In this document: positions 10,145-19,584 of the stretch, in pieces
Layout of the letters: every line of letters begins with the position of its first letter
Position numbering within the stretch: position 1 is the stretch's first letter
From: a virus
Virus record (IMG/VR): IMGVR_UViG_3300036770_006330
Direction: 5' to 3' (one strand)
Length of the DNA stretch: 64,000 nt
Program-made: the position numbers and the translations under genes
Notes under the pieces: generated by a model
Seen by the model: the letters and a program-made list of their open reading frames with translations, nothing else
Told to the model about the DNA's origin: nothing
Database searches by the model: none

Positions 10145-10459
10145 ATGTCATTTGAGATTCAAGCAACAGACCTTGGGCCAATATTTGTCCACAATGGGAA
10201 GTTCGTCGCCTTGACCAGCGAAGATTCAATGATTGAGTTGTGTTACGAGGATGGAACCCGCTTTGACCTTATTCAGGACCATCTCAAAGAAGAATTAAAG
10301 AACGAAATGGATTTATACATTGAGGGATTCTTGATGGGAATCAACCCTCCTGCCGGGAAGCTGTATGCGTATATTGCCGCATTTCAGCAGTTCTGGATGT
10401 TTAAGCACATCCGGTTCGCCAATTATCTAAGCGCAGTTACAGAGGCGGAGCAGGAATGA
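10145..10459 (+). CDS. hypothetical protein
   Basis: GAAAGG RBS upstream; 104 aa; ATGA overlap with next gene. Confidence 0.6.
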   Translation: MSFEIQATDLGPIFVHNGKFVALTSEDSMIELCYEDGTRFDLIQDHLKEELKNEMDLYIEGFLMGINPPAGKLYAYIAAFQQFWMFKHIRFANYLSAVTEAEQE

Positions 10460-10620
10460 CCTCCGAAGAAAGGGGTGATTCATATCACCAAAGTCGCTTG
10501 GAGATATGCAAACAATGCCCACGACTCTTTAAGCCGACCATGCAGTGCAAAGAGTGTGGCTGCTTCATGAGGATAAAAACCCGCATAAAGTCAGCGAGCT
10601 GCCCCATCGGCAAGTGGTGA
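10456..10620 (+). CDS. small Cys-rich metal-binding protein (DUF6171-like; not in ORF track)
   Basis: Hand translation, 54 aa: ...RLEICKQCPRLFKPTMQCKECGCFMRIKTRIKSASCPIGKW; paralog of 25683..25910. Confidence 0.8.
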   Translation: MTSEERGDSYHQSRLEICKQCPRLFKPTMQCKECGCFMRIKTRIKSASCPIGKW

Positions 10621-10632
10621 GAGCATCCATAA

Positions 10633-11394
10633 ATGGGTAAATCTCAAAAATCTGAAACAATAATCTATTGGGCGCCGACCTACTCTGCGCGAGATATGTA
10701 TGACGTTAACCACCTATATTCAGAACCAAGGTCTCTCTACGAGGAGCTAGTCGAGAAAAAGGCTCCGCTAAAAGACAACTCGCTTGACTTTCTAAGGTGT
10801 CCAGCTACATCTGACCTACTGAAACACACGTTCGTTGTCAGGGCACCAGTAGATACAAATGTCTCGCTTAACTTTGATACTCGGCGCGTAAAACAATTGA
10901 ATACTAACGCCGCTTACGAGAACACGCATAAAATCAAGTTTGACTTCATACATCAGCCAACTTTGCTGAATCACAATTTAGTCAATTATGATTACCCGCT
11001 TGTTTTCTTTTCAGAAGAAGACACAATGCCGACAACTCTTACCCCACCGTATTTCGAGCGGGTATCTAGCTATAAGTCGGGAACAATAGTCCCAGGGAAA
11101 TTCGATACCGCAAAGTGGTTTCGTCCGATGAACATGGAATTCCAACTATGGCCAGATGTGAGCACCCTGGAGATACCAGCCGGCGAGGCGCTGTGTTACG
11201 TGCATTTCGATACGGATAAAAAAATAATTTTGAAAAGGTTTGTCACGAACCAGGAAATAGAAAAACTTATTGCGTCGTTTGTCAAGATTTCCCCATTCCG
11301 AAAGTTTGCCAAGCTTTCTGAGAGGTATAGGCTCTTCGAGCAGTCGAAATCCAAAGAAAGAGTCTTGAAATTAATTAACAAGCAGCTGCTGTAG
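10633..11394 (+). CDS. hypothetical protein, DUF6065-like
   Basis: FLRCPA and EIPAGEALCYVHF motifs parallel those of 20507 and 22557. Confidence 0.5.
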   Translation: MGKSQKSETIIYWAPTYSARDMYDVNHLYSEPRSLYEELVEKKAPLKDNSLDFLRCPATSDLLKHTFVVRAPVDTNVSLNFDTRRVKQLNTNAAYENTHKIKFDFIHQPTLLNHNLVNYDYPLVFFSEEDTMPTTLTPPYFERVSSYKSGTIVPGKFDTAKWFRPMNMEFQLWPDVSTLEIPAGEALCYVHFDTDKKIILKRFVTNQEIEKLIASFVKISPFRKFAKLSERYRLFEQSKSKERVLKLINKQLL

Positions 11395-11396
11395 TC

Positions 11397-11425
11397 GGAT
11401 TATGCCGAATTACTCGGCATAATCC
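11397..11425 (+). terminator. perfect 12-bp hairpin, probable terminator
   Basis: GGATTATGCCGA-ATTAC-TCGGCATAATCC, 2 nt after a stop codon; no U tract. Confidence 0.55.
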
Positions 11426-11478
11426 TATGGGGCGCGCGTCTGGGGTCAGCAAAGCTCCTTGTGGCATAATTGAACAAT

Positions 11479-11727
11479 ATGGCCATTGACTTCCCCAACT
11501 CTCCCATCCTTTATGAGGACTTCACGGTTGGCAACCGCACATGGACATGGAATGGTGAGAAATGGGTTATCGGATTAAATCCCTCAACAACCGTTTTGGA
11601 TGACTTGGCAGACGTGAATTCTCCGTCCCCATCAGAAGGTGAATTCTTGCGTTACAACGGAACGGAATGGGTTTCGCTGGGAGCAGGCACTAGTAGCCTG
11701 GCTACAGCCTGGTGGATGGGAGCATAA
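11479..11727 (+). CDS. short fibre-like structural protein
   Basis: MAIDFP module plus LDDLADV..PSEGEFLRY; paralog of 3538..3906. Confidence 0.6.
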   Translation: MAIDFPNSPILYEDFTVGNRTWTWNGEKWVIGLNPSTTVLDDLADVNSPSPSEGEFLRYNGTEWVSLGAGTSSLATAWWMGA

Positions 11728-12057
11728 ATGGCAGCATCAATTGAACGTTTGGCAATAGTTAACCCTGCTGCTTCAACTAACTCTGTGGCCTTTACCGCGG
11801 ACAGCGCTTTTCTTGTTTCGGTGATAGCGACAAATAAGTCAACCCAAAATAACGCCACCATATCCATATGGGTAGCTCCGCTTGGGAACGACACCGCGAA
11901 TGGCCGAGGCTACATCGTTAGCCAGTTGGGTGTTTCTTATTCCAATAGCTATGAAACATTCAGGTTTGCCATGAACAATACTGATGTGCTCAGGGTTGAG
12001 GCGTCAACAGCTGATGTGTGTTTTTACGTGCAGGGAATAGACCAGCTCGTCACCTGA
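11728..12057 (+). CDS. small beta-rich virion protein
   Basis: Abuts upstream gene; resembles 3908..4243. Confidence 0.55.
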   Translation: MAASIERLAIVNPAASTNSVAFTADSAFLVSVIATNKSTQNNATISIWVAPLGNDTANGRGYIVSQLGVSYSNSYETFRFAMNNTDVLRVEASTADVCFYVQGIDQLVT

Positions 12058-12127
12058 TTTCTATAGGGCGATTATCCCTTCTGTGATAAGATTTATACGC
12101 ATTATCAGTGTTTTACGGTGGTAAAAA

Positions 12128-12406
12128 ATGCCAGGATTTGCGAAACAAGCATCTACAGCGCTAGTTGGTTCTGGCGATGTATACAACGCTAATGACATTG
12201 TAAATGTAACGTTCTATGGATTTATTTACAATAAGCACACGGGCGAACTAACAGTGGATAAAATTAATGATGGTTCGCTAATCCGATTGCCAGATGGTGA
12301 TGTCGTGAGAGACGATGACTATAAGGCATGGACATGGAGCGCCAATAATCTCACTTTTGGGTGGGATACAACTGATAAATCACATCTAACGGTGGAGGTT
12401 GCCTAA
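12128..12406 (+). CDS. hypothetical virion protein
   Basis: 92 aa directly coupled to the large fibre gene. Confidence 0.55.
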   Translation: MPGFAKQASTALVGSGDVYNANDIVNVTFYGFIYNKHTGELTVDKINDGSLIRLPDGDVVRDDDYKAWTWSANNLTFGWDTTDKSHLTVEVA

Positions 12407-15400
12407 ATGGCCCAGCTTATTGACCTTGGGAAAATTCGTTTTCATTGGGCTGGGACGTACAGCGCTGGCACCACATATGAACTAAACGATGTCGTCAAGT
12501 ACGAAGGCAACGTCTACGTCTACATCAACAATGCCGCCGGTTCCGGGAATAGCCCAACAAATACGAACTACTGGGCACTCATGGTCTCGGGAATCAAGTT
12601 CGAAGGGGCATACGACAACGGAACTGCCTACCAGGTTGGCGACGGCGTTTCCTATAACGGAGTGTTGTATGTCGCTCTGCAAAATACAACTGGAAATTTA
12701 CCGACGAACACGACGTACTGGTCTCGCTTTAACTCTGGATTTAGGTGGAGGGGCTCATGGTCCGCTTCGACTGCATACCTGCAGGATGACTTGGTATTTA
12801 ACGGATTGAGCACATATATTGCCACTGACTCTTTTACATCAGCTGGCCTCTTTGAAGACGATACAGACTGGGACCTTTTTGCTCTTGGTGCAAGCAACCT
12901 GCCAAATCAGGCCGGCAACTCCGGCAAAGTCCTTACTACTGACGGCACAACTGCGTCATGGACCACTAGCCCAACCCTTAATTCGCTTGTTGTCCAAGAC
13001 TCGTTTGAAGTGCTTGGAGATTCTGTCCAGCGCGGAAATATCAACATTTCATCCAGAACGGTAGTTGTTACCAACAAGGTTAAGGACAACAACGTTGGAA
13101 CAATCACTACAACTTCGGCACACTTTTTCGACCCAGGCGATGTCGTGGTTCTTTCCAGTGTTGGTGATGGATTCAACGGCAGCCATACGATTACTGCAGT
13201 ACCTTCTTCTACGACATTTGAATTCATTGCAACGGGTGGGAATGTTGTATCAACCCCTGTTGCTGGCGGAACGGCGACTGTGTATGGAAATATCGTCGCC
13301 TCGAACAATGTCTCCGTTGGTGGAGACCTCGCCGTAACGGGCGACGTAGAGGTTGATGGACCAGTAGTATTTGACGGACACCTGACAGTCAATAACGAGA
13401 TTCAGCTGAATGGCGACATCTTTGTTGACGTAGACGCAACAATCAAGGGCGACCTTTCAGTAACTTCATTGACTCGCTCAATCATCAACAAGGCACTTTC
13501 GGCCAGCGTGGCTACATTGACCACATCGGTCAGTCACGGATATGACGCCGGGGATACGGTTACCGTCTCCACAGTTGGAGCCCCATTTGATGGCGAATAC
13601 ACAATCGCATCAGTTCCAAGCGCAACGACATTCACATATGTTCGCAATGCGTCGAACGTAACTTCTGCTCCAGCTAGCGGTACGGCAGTGGTAAAGGGAG
13701 ATGCCAGTTTTGGAAATGACGTATCCGTTACGAGAAACATCGTCATTGATGGAACCGCACATGTGGGCGGTGAGCTGAGCTCGGACGGGGTTCCTTATTT
13801 TGGCCAAGACGCAAAAACAATCTCAGAATCAATCGGTCAAAGAACTGCTACCATCACAAATAAGGAGCTAACCGACAGCGTTGCGACACTGACAACCTCG
13901 TCAGCGCACGGCTTTTCTCCATTCCAGTACGTCATAGTTGATGGAGTCGATGCCGTATTTGACGGAGAATTTGAAATTATTGATGTCCCAACTCCGACAA
14001 CGCTCACATACTCCGTATCCGCCGCAAACGTATCCTCAACTGCTGCGTCGGGAACGGTTTCATCCATACCTGGATTTACCAATCCAATTGCATACTTTTC
14101 GACCGATTCTGACGACTACTCGCAAGTAATCGTCCAAAACCACTCAAGTAACGCAAATGCCTCAAGCGACTTCATCGCTTACCCAGACAATGGAGAAGAC
14201 TTCTCCGGATTTATCGACATGGGAATAACTTCAAGCACATTTGCCGACCCAGAGTTTACAATTACCGGTCCAAACGATGGATATATCTTCATGACTGCCC
14301 CAATTGGGACATCGGGGGACGGGAATCTCGTGCTTGCAACCGGAGACACCGGAAATGCAAACAAGATTATTTTTGCCGCTGGTGGTTTGTCGTCAAATAA
14401 CACCCAAATGGAAATCACCCCAGACCAGAACATTCACATCGAAATTGCAACCGAATCCACGTCGCCAACAACTGGCGCGTTGACAGTCGTTGGTGGCGTC
14501 GGCGTTCAGGGTGACATGAACATTCAAGGTGATGTTTCAATTGAGGGAACAATCACCTTCGGTGGCTCTGGGACAACCGTAGAAACAGCAAACCTCGCCG
14601 TAACTGACCCGGTAATTTTTGTTGGTACAAATAATCAAAATGACATCGTCGACCTTGGCCTAATCACCGAGTACACGATTGATATTGCCGACATTACGAG
14701 AACCGTTACAAACAAGGCGCTCAATAATAATACGGCCACGCTTACGACATCGGCGAATCACACTTTCGAGGTAGGCGACGTTGTCGTCGTGACTGGGGTG
14801 GACGCAACGTTCAATGGAACGTTCAATATAACTGGCGTACCGACCCCAACGACATTTACTTATGTGAAGACGGCGACGAACGTCGGCTCAACAGCATCCG
14901 GTGGAGAAGCAGTTGCAACACGACGCAGAAGATTTGCCGGTGTAGCGCGTGATGCTTCAGATGGAGTATTCAAGGCATTCCAAGGCGCAACAGCAAAGCC
15001 AACAACTACGGTTGACTTTGCTCAAGCTGGTCTTGAGTTTGCGGACTTTAATGCAAAAAATCTCGACCTAACTGGCAACATGTCTGCCTCAGGCAATGCT
15101 GCAATTACTGGCAATACATCTGTTGATGGAACACTTACCGTAACCGGAACATCGACTTTCAATGGCCCAATAACAACATCACAAAACGTAACAATATCTG
15201 GCCGGCTTGATGTTCAGGAAATACGCGAAGATGTGCTTGATGCAACAATCACTTCAAATATCCTGACGGCTGACTACAGCGCAGGGAACATATTTTATGT
15301 TGCAACAGCTCCAACCGCGAACTTCACAGTGAACCTAACAAACGCGCCAACCGACAACGGTAAGACAATATCCGTAACGGTTGTTGTTGTGCAAGGTGCT

Positions 15401-15577
15401 ACCGGATATATTCCAAGCGCATTCCAGATTGCAGGAGCAGCCCAGACACTGAGATGGTCGAGCAGCCTTACGCCGACACCGACAAGCTCGGCGGGCAAGC
15501 TGGACATATTCAACTTCACTCTTATCCGAAGAGCGTCGGCCTGGGTTGTTCTCGGCTCGGCGGTTACAAACTTCTAA
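12407..15577 (+). CDS. large tail fibre protein
   Basis: N-terminal WxGxYxxxTxYxxxDxVxYxGxxY repeats (x3), four ~75-aa TNK..ATLTT..HxFxxGDxVxV..FxG..VPxxTTF modules, beta-helical segments, C-terminal LRWSS..P..LDIFNFTL adaptor domain. Confidence 0.8.
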   Translation: MAQLIDLGKIRFHWAGTYSAGTTYELNDVVKYEGNVYVYINNAAGSGNSPTNTNYWALMVSGIKFEGAYDNGTAYQVGDGVSYNGVLYVALQNTTGNLPTNTTYWSRFNSGFRWRGSWSASTAYLQDDLVFNGLSTYIATDSFTSAGLFEDDTDWDLFALGASNLPNQAGNSGKVLTTDGTTASWTTSPTLNSLVVQDSFEVLGDSVQRGNINISSRTVVVTNKVKDNNVGTITTTSAHFFDPGDVVVLSSVGDGFNGSHTITAVPSSTTFEFIATGGNVVSTPVAGGTATVYGNIVASNNVSVGGDLAVTGDVEVDGPVVFDGHLTVNNEIQLNGDIFVDVDATIKGDLSVTSLTRSIINKALSASVATLTTSVSHGYDAGDTVTVSTVGAPFDGEYTIASVPSATTFTYVRNASNVTSAPASGTAVVKGDASFGNDVSVTRNIVIDGTAHVGGELSSDGVPYFGQDAKTISESIGQRTATITNKELTDSVATLTTSSAHGFSPFQYVIVDGVDAVFDGEFEIIDVPTPTTLTYSVSAANVSSTAASGTVSSIPGFTNPIAYFSTDSDDYSQVIVQNHSSNANASSDFIAYPDNGEDFSGFIDMGITSSTFADPEFTITGPNDGYIFMTAPIGTSGDGNLVLATGDTGNANKIIFAAGGLSSNNTQMEITPDQNIHIEIATESTSPTTGALTVVGGVGVQGDMNIQGDVSIEGTITFGGSGTTVETANLAVTDPVIFVGTNNQNDIVDLGLITEYTIDIADITRTVTNKALNNNTATLTTSANHTFEVGDVVVVTGVDATFNGTFNITGVPTPTTFTYVKTATNVGSTASGGEAVATRRRRFAGVARDASDGVFKAFQGATAKPTTTVDFAQAGLEFADFNAKNLDLTGNMSASGNAAITGNTSVDGTLTVTGTSTFNGPITTSQNVTISGRLDVQEIREDVLDATITSNILTADYSAGNIFYVATAPTANFTVNLTNAPTDNGKTISVTVVVVQGATGYIPSAFQIAGAAQTLRWSSSLTPTPTSSAGKLDIFNFTLIRRASAWVVLGSAVTNF

Positions 15578-15580
15578 GCC

Positions 15581-16552
15581 ATGCCTTTCTTCGGAGCAAA
15601 GCCACAGGGAATCTTCCACGTAAAGTCACGCCGTATTTTGCCGTATAAGTTCAGGCAGATAATCACAACCGGATATGTTGCGGCTGGATATAAAGACAGC
15701 GTTCCATGGAGAAACGTCGTTTCAATGAATCACGCTACAGACACGACAACAAACCGTGGTGACATTCTTACCGAAACAGCAAACTATACATCTGGTGCAT
15801 GCGGAAGAAATGTGGCATTCGTTTGGGGCACTGGGGGCGTGGGCGCATTCACCAGCACATCGTGTTTCAACATGAGAACAGATAGTACGCACACAAAAAC
15901 AACCGCAATGAATACCGCATATACGGTCGGGGATTCCGGAAGCATCCAGAGGGGTGACCAGGATGGCACATGGACGACCTCATATCAAACCGGTGGCCAG
16001 GGTGGTGCGTTTATACAAAAATTCAATCTGGTTACAGAAGCGCACCAAGGTGTGATTTCGACAAGCTATGACCAAGGCACGATTGGTTCAGGCGCCCACT
16101 TTGATGAGAACTCAGGAAACTTCTGGAACGATAACGGCGGCACCGCTACTACTGGAAAAATGAAGTTCACATTCGCAACAGAGACTCAGTCAAACATTGC
16201 AGCAAATCTTGGTTTCCATAGCCAGCAGAAAGGCCAGCCATCAAAAGACGGTGTCGGCTGGGCAGGAAACGAAGGAAGCTACAACGGCGGATATAACTAC
16301 AGAAGGTTTGTATACGCAACGGAAACCGTCTCTGGAACAATGGCCAAACCAATTGGGAACTCCGGAGAAGAAAATTTTGACATGGGACAGGACCGTGGAT
16401 ACATGCTCGGCATGTATGACGGAGCACAAAACAATAGAACTTGGAAGTGGATTTACGCAACGAATACAGGTTCGGAGCTTGGCGCAAGCGGACAGGTTAG
16501 TTCCCCGGGCATAGCTGGAAGGTCGTCGGGTCACGGCTTCTGGAGGGACTAA
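15581..16552 (+). CDS. putative fibre tip protein (repetitive, possibly beta-propeller)
   Basis: Repeated K/RFxxATET blades; Gly/Thr-rich; follows the shaft gene. Confidence 0.5.
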   Translation: MPFFGAKPQGIFHVKSRRILPYKFRQIITTGYVAAGYKDSVPWRNVVSMNHATDTTTNRGDILTETANYTSGACGRNVAFVWGTGGVGAFTSTSCFNMRTDSTHTKTTAMNTAYTVGDSGSIQRGDQDGTWTTSYQTGGQGGAFIQKFNLVTEAHQGVISTSYDQGTIGSGAHFDENSGNFWNDNGGTATTGKMKFTFATETQSNIAANLGFHSQQKGQPSKDGVGWAGNEGSYNGGYNYRRFVYATETVSGTMAKPIGNSGEENFDMGQDRGYMLGMYDGAQNNRTWKWIYATNTGSELGASGQVSSPGIAGRSSGHGFWRD

Positions 16553-16577
16553 ACTCCCTTAGGAACAGGGAGAAGTC

Positions 16578-17339
16578 ATGTCAAGCGAATTTGATATTTA
16601 TAAGCCAATGACCGACCGCTCAATGCTGAGCGAACGAGAAAAAGATTTGGTCCAGTTTGCTGTTGCGTTGGAGCACAACAGCCCAATGTTTAAAATACGC
16701 CACTTTGTTGGAGATGCCCAAGTCACCCCATATGCAAAATACAAGCAACTAATGCTTGAGATACGAACGCGAGAAGAACTCATTGAGACAATGGAGATGT
16801 CTGTAGCAAAACTAGAAGCCGAAGCGGCATTGCTCGAAGAGGACTACGAGAGAGCAGACGAGCGATATAAAAAGGTTTTGATTTGGGATTTGAAAACGAA
16901 ACAAAATGAAGCCCTAAAAACCAAGCGCAGACTTGAGAGCGCGTATGACGAGCGCTCCAAATATCTCCTAGCCGTTCAAGAAATGTACGCATCGGGGGAG
17001 GCATTTCTTGAGGATGGGACTGACCTAAGGGAGGTTGTGCTTGACCCTGTTCGCTCAGAAGAGATGGAACGCAACCACTGGGTGTACAGACTTGGCAAGC
17101 AGGCTGCTTTGGACATGATTTCGTATGGCCACATTGGAACTGGCAACCTAGAAGCGATTTCAATGATGGATGAGCGGACAGCCACTGAAACACTTCACCT
17201 CGCAATAACGTATTCGCATGGCGTAAAGACAGCCCTTGGAAAGATGGAGCAAGGAATCATCGAGGCAATCAACAGGGGGGAAGTCGCACAAACAATGAAA
17301 ATCGAGAATCATAAGCAGCCCAACCAGCTTGGTGCGTAA
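16578..17339 (+). CDS. coiled-coil hypothetical protein
   Basis: FVGDAQVTPYAKYKQ, long coiled coil, HWVYRLGKQAALD..SYGHIGTGNL. Confidence 0.6.
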   Translation: MSSEFDIYKPMTDRSMLSEREKDLVQFAVALEHNSPMFKIRHFVGDAQVTPYAKYKQLMLEIRTREELIETMEMSVAKLEAEAALLEEDYERADERYKKVLIWDLKTKQNEALKTKRRLESAYDERSKYLLAVQEMYASGEAFLEDGTDLREVVLDPVRSEEMERNHWVYRLGKQAALDMISYGHIGTGNLEAISMMDERTATETLHLAITYSHGVKTALGKMEQGIIEAINRGEVAQTMKIENHKQPNQLGA

Positions 17340-17341
17340 AG

Positions 17342-17932
17342 ATGGCATTTGCATACTTTGCCGTCTATGTAGACGACAAGCATTCCTTCCAGCAGTACGA
17401 AGAAATCGGTTACTGGTTGAGCTACCACATATATCGGGTCGAATCGTCAGTCATAACAAGAATGACATTTGGTGGAAAGCGTGTAATTTTTATGCCAGAG
17501 AATGTTGCCATGGCATGGAAATTTGCAGGAGCAAATAGGCCATTCATAAGGGTTAGTGGCTCTGGCTCAAAACAGCACGAACAACTGCCAAGCGACATGT
17601 TGATTCAATACAAGCCCGAAAAGGTCGACTATTTTCTTACGGAAGAAGATAATCAAAACGCCATAGCATTTATGAAGCTGATTATTCGCGGTCTAGCACA
17701 CCAGTACTACGAGCAAATCTGGGAGTCCATAAAACCACAAGTGTCAAGGCTCGAGGAACTTGGTTCTGCAGCTGGCGTATCAGTGCAACTTAAGAAAAAT
17801 CCAGAATATGCACGATTGCTAGAGGGCGTCCTTGGCCGTCTGGGGACAACGGAGGCACGTCTATCTGCAGCGAAAACCATCGCCGACTGTAATGAAGTTC
17901 TTAAACAGCTTCAAATCGATGTTGGTATGTGA
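17342..17932 (+). CDS. hypothetical protein
   Basis: 196 aa, tightly coupled in the operon. Confidence 0.55.
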   Translation: MAFAYFAVYVDDKHSFQQYEEIGYWLSYHIYRVESSVITRMTFGGKRVIFMPENVAMAWKFAGANRPFIRVSGSGSKQHEQLPSDMLIQYKPEKVDYFLTEEDNQNAIAFMKLIIRGLAHQYYEQIWESIKPQVSRLEELGSAAGVSVQLKKNPEYARLLEGVLGRLGTTEARLSAAKTIADCNEVLKQLQIDVGM

Positions 17933-19584
17933 TGTTTAGCGTCCCACTCAATCCGAAACTGTCAGAGAACGAGTTCACTGATTTTTTAGACTTTCTCAAA
18001 AGAAATAGAGAAGTAATTTATGATTTTTACTTCACCTGCCGAATGCCGCCATTTATTCAGGATGCGATGGGTGATGTATTCGGTGGAGGGGAAGAGGACC
18101 ACAGTTTCCTAATAGAGACCGCATTATTTGTTCAGCAGGAAACCGGCATACCTGCGTCTGCCGTGTTTAACAATCTTAATGTTCGACCGACACAGAACAA
18201 TCTTGATTTGTTTATAGCAAACTTTGGGCAACTCTATGAAGCGGGGATACGTTCCGCGACTATCCCTCATACACACTGGATGGCTACTGGTTTGATAAAG
18301 AAAAACTTTCCAGAGCTATTCGTCAAAAATACGATATTAAGAAACGTCACAGAACCAAGAGATGTTGAGAAATTAGCCAAGGCTGGATTTGACTACATAA
18401 ATCTGGATAGAGACCTCATGAGAGACCACGAACGACTTCTCCGGTTCAAGAAGGCCAAAGAGATATTTGGCGTCAAATTGTCGATACTTGGCAATGAAGG
18501 GTGCCTCGGCGGATGCATCATGATGGATGAGCACTACGAATTTAACAACACGCGGACCACCGGCCCGCAATATTTCATGGACCCAATCAGCCGGGTGTCA
18601 TGTCCAAAATGGGATTTTGAGGATTTGGCCGTCCCACTTAAGACAGCGAACCTTCCGCCATGGCGAGAAGACTGGGTGGAGATGTTGGAGCATCTTGGAA
18701 TAGATGTGTTCAAAATGCATGGTCGGGAGTCTGTGTCTAGATTGCAAGAGACGATGGGCATCATTGACCGATTTGTTGCAAATGAGCCGATTCTCTTCGA
18801 CACATTCAACAGTTACTTAGAGGAAACAAACCTGCTAGAAAGACCAATCGACGTTTGGCGAAAGAAAATAAAGACGTGCAAGTTCGATTGCTGGGACTGT
18901 GGTTACTGCGACAAAATTGTAAAAAACAAATTTAGAGAGAAAATACACCCGAGAGTAAGGCTTGTTACACGTGCTCTAGTTGAGTCAGTCGATACGAATC
19001 TGGACATAGATATTGCAGGTCTTACAAGCAATAGGGTTCAGTCATTGATTAATTATCTAGCAAGAGAGTCAGCCGCATATCTGGAAGTAGGCACATTTCT
19101 TGGGGCAACAGCTGTTGCTGCAGCAAAAGACACAACAACCAATATCACCTGCATAGACACCTGGGAAGAAGACATACAGCCTGCAGAGCTTAATGATGTT
19201 CTGCCAAGCAATTCAATGCATGATGCGTGGATGAACATAAGCAAGCATGCTGGAGTTGGCAGGCTCAAATTCATAAAATCAAAATTTCAGGATGTCGATA
19301 TAGAAGAAGTAGGAAATCCTGATTTAGTCTTCTACGACGGACCACACAGCGCTACTGATGTTGCTGATTTCGTATCTCGCTTTTCCGGCATATTTAGTGA
19401 GGGAACGATTTTGGTTTTCGACGATGCAAACTGGGGGGATGTGAAGGCAGGCGCAGATGATGGGCTTAGGCGTTCCGGGCTGTCAACACTTTATAGAAAA
19501 CAACTTCTCAACGAAATTGAGTCAAAACAGAACTGGTGGAATGGCTTATACATAGTCGTTGTTGGGGCTAGAATTCGGCCATGA
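17929..19584 (+). CDS. U32-peptidase-like Fe-S protein fused to class I SAM methyltransferase
   Basis: GFDYINLDRDL, NEGCLGGC..H..SC, FKMHGRE, CKFDCWDCGYC; C-terminal YLEVGTFLGA, CIDTW, VFYDGPH, LVFDD. Confidence 0.65.
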   Translation: MMFSVPLNPKLSENEFTDFLDFLKRNREVIYDFYFTCRMPPFIQDAMGDVFGGGEEDHSFLIETALFVQQETGIPASAVFNNLNVRPTQNNLDLFIANFGQLYEAGIRSATIPHTHWMATGLIKKNFPELFVKNTILRNVTEPRDVEKLAKAGFDYINLDRDLMRDHERLLRFKKAKEIFGVKLSILGNEGCLGGCIMMDEHYEFNNTRTTGPQYFMDPISRVSCPKWDFEDLAVPLKTANLPPWREDWVEMLEHLGIDVFKMHGRESVSRLQETMGIIDRFVANEPILFDTFNSYLEETNLLERPIDVWRKKIKTCKFDCWDCGYCDKIVKNKFREKIHPRVRLVTRALVESVDTNLDIDIAGLTSNRVQSLINYLARESAAYLEVGTFLGATAVAAAKDTTTNITCIDTWEEDIQPAELNDVLPSNSMHDAWMNISKHAGVGRLKFIKSKFQDVDIEEVGNPDLVFYDGPHSATDVADFVSRFSGIFSEGTILVFDDANWGDVKAGADDGLRRSGLSTLYRKQLLNEIESKQNWWNGLYIVVVGARIRP

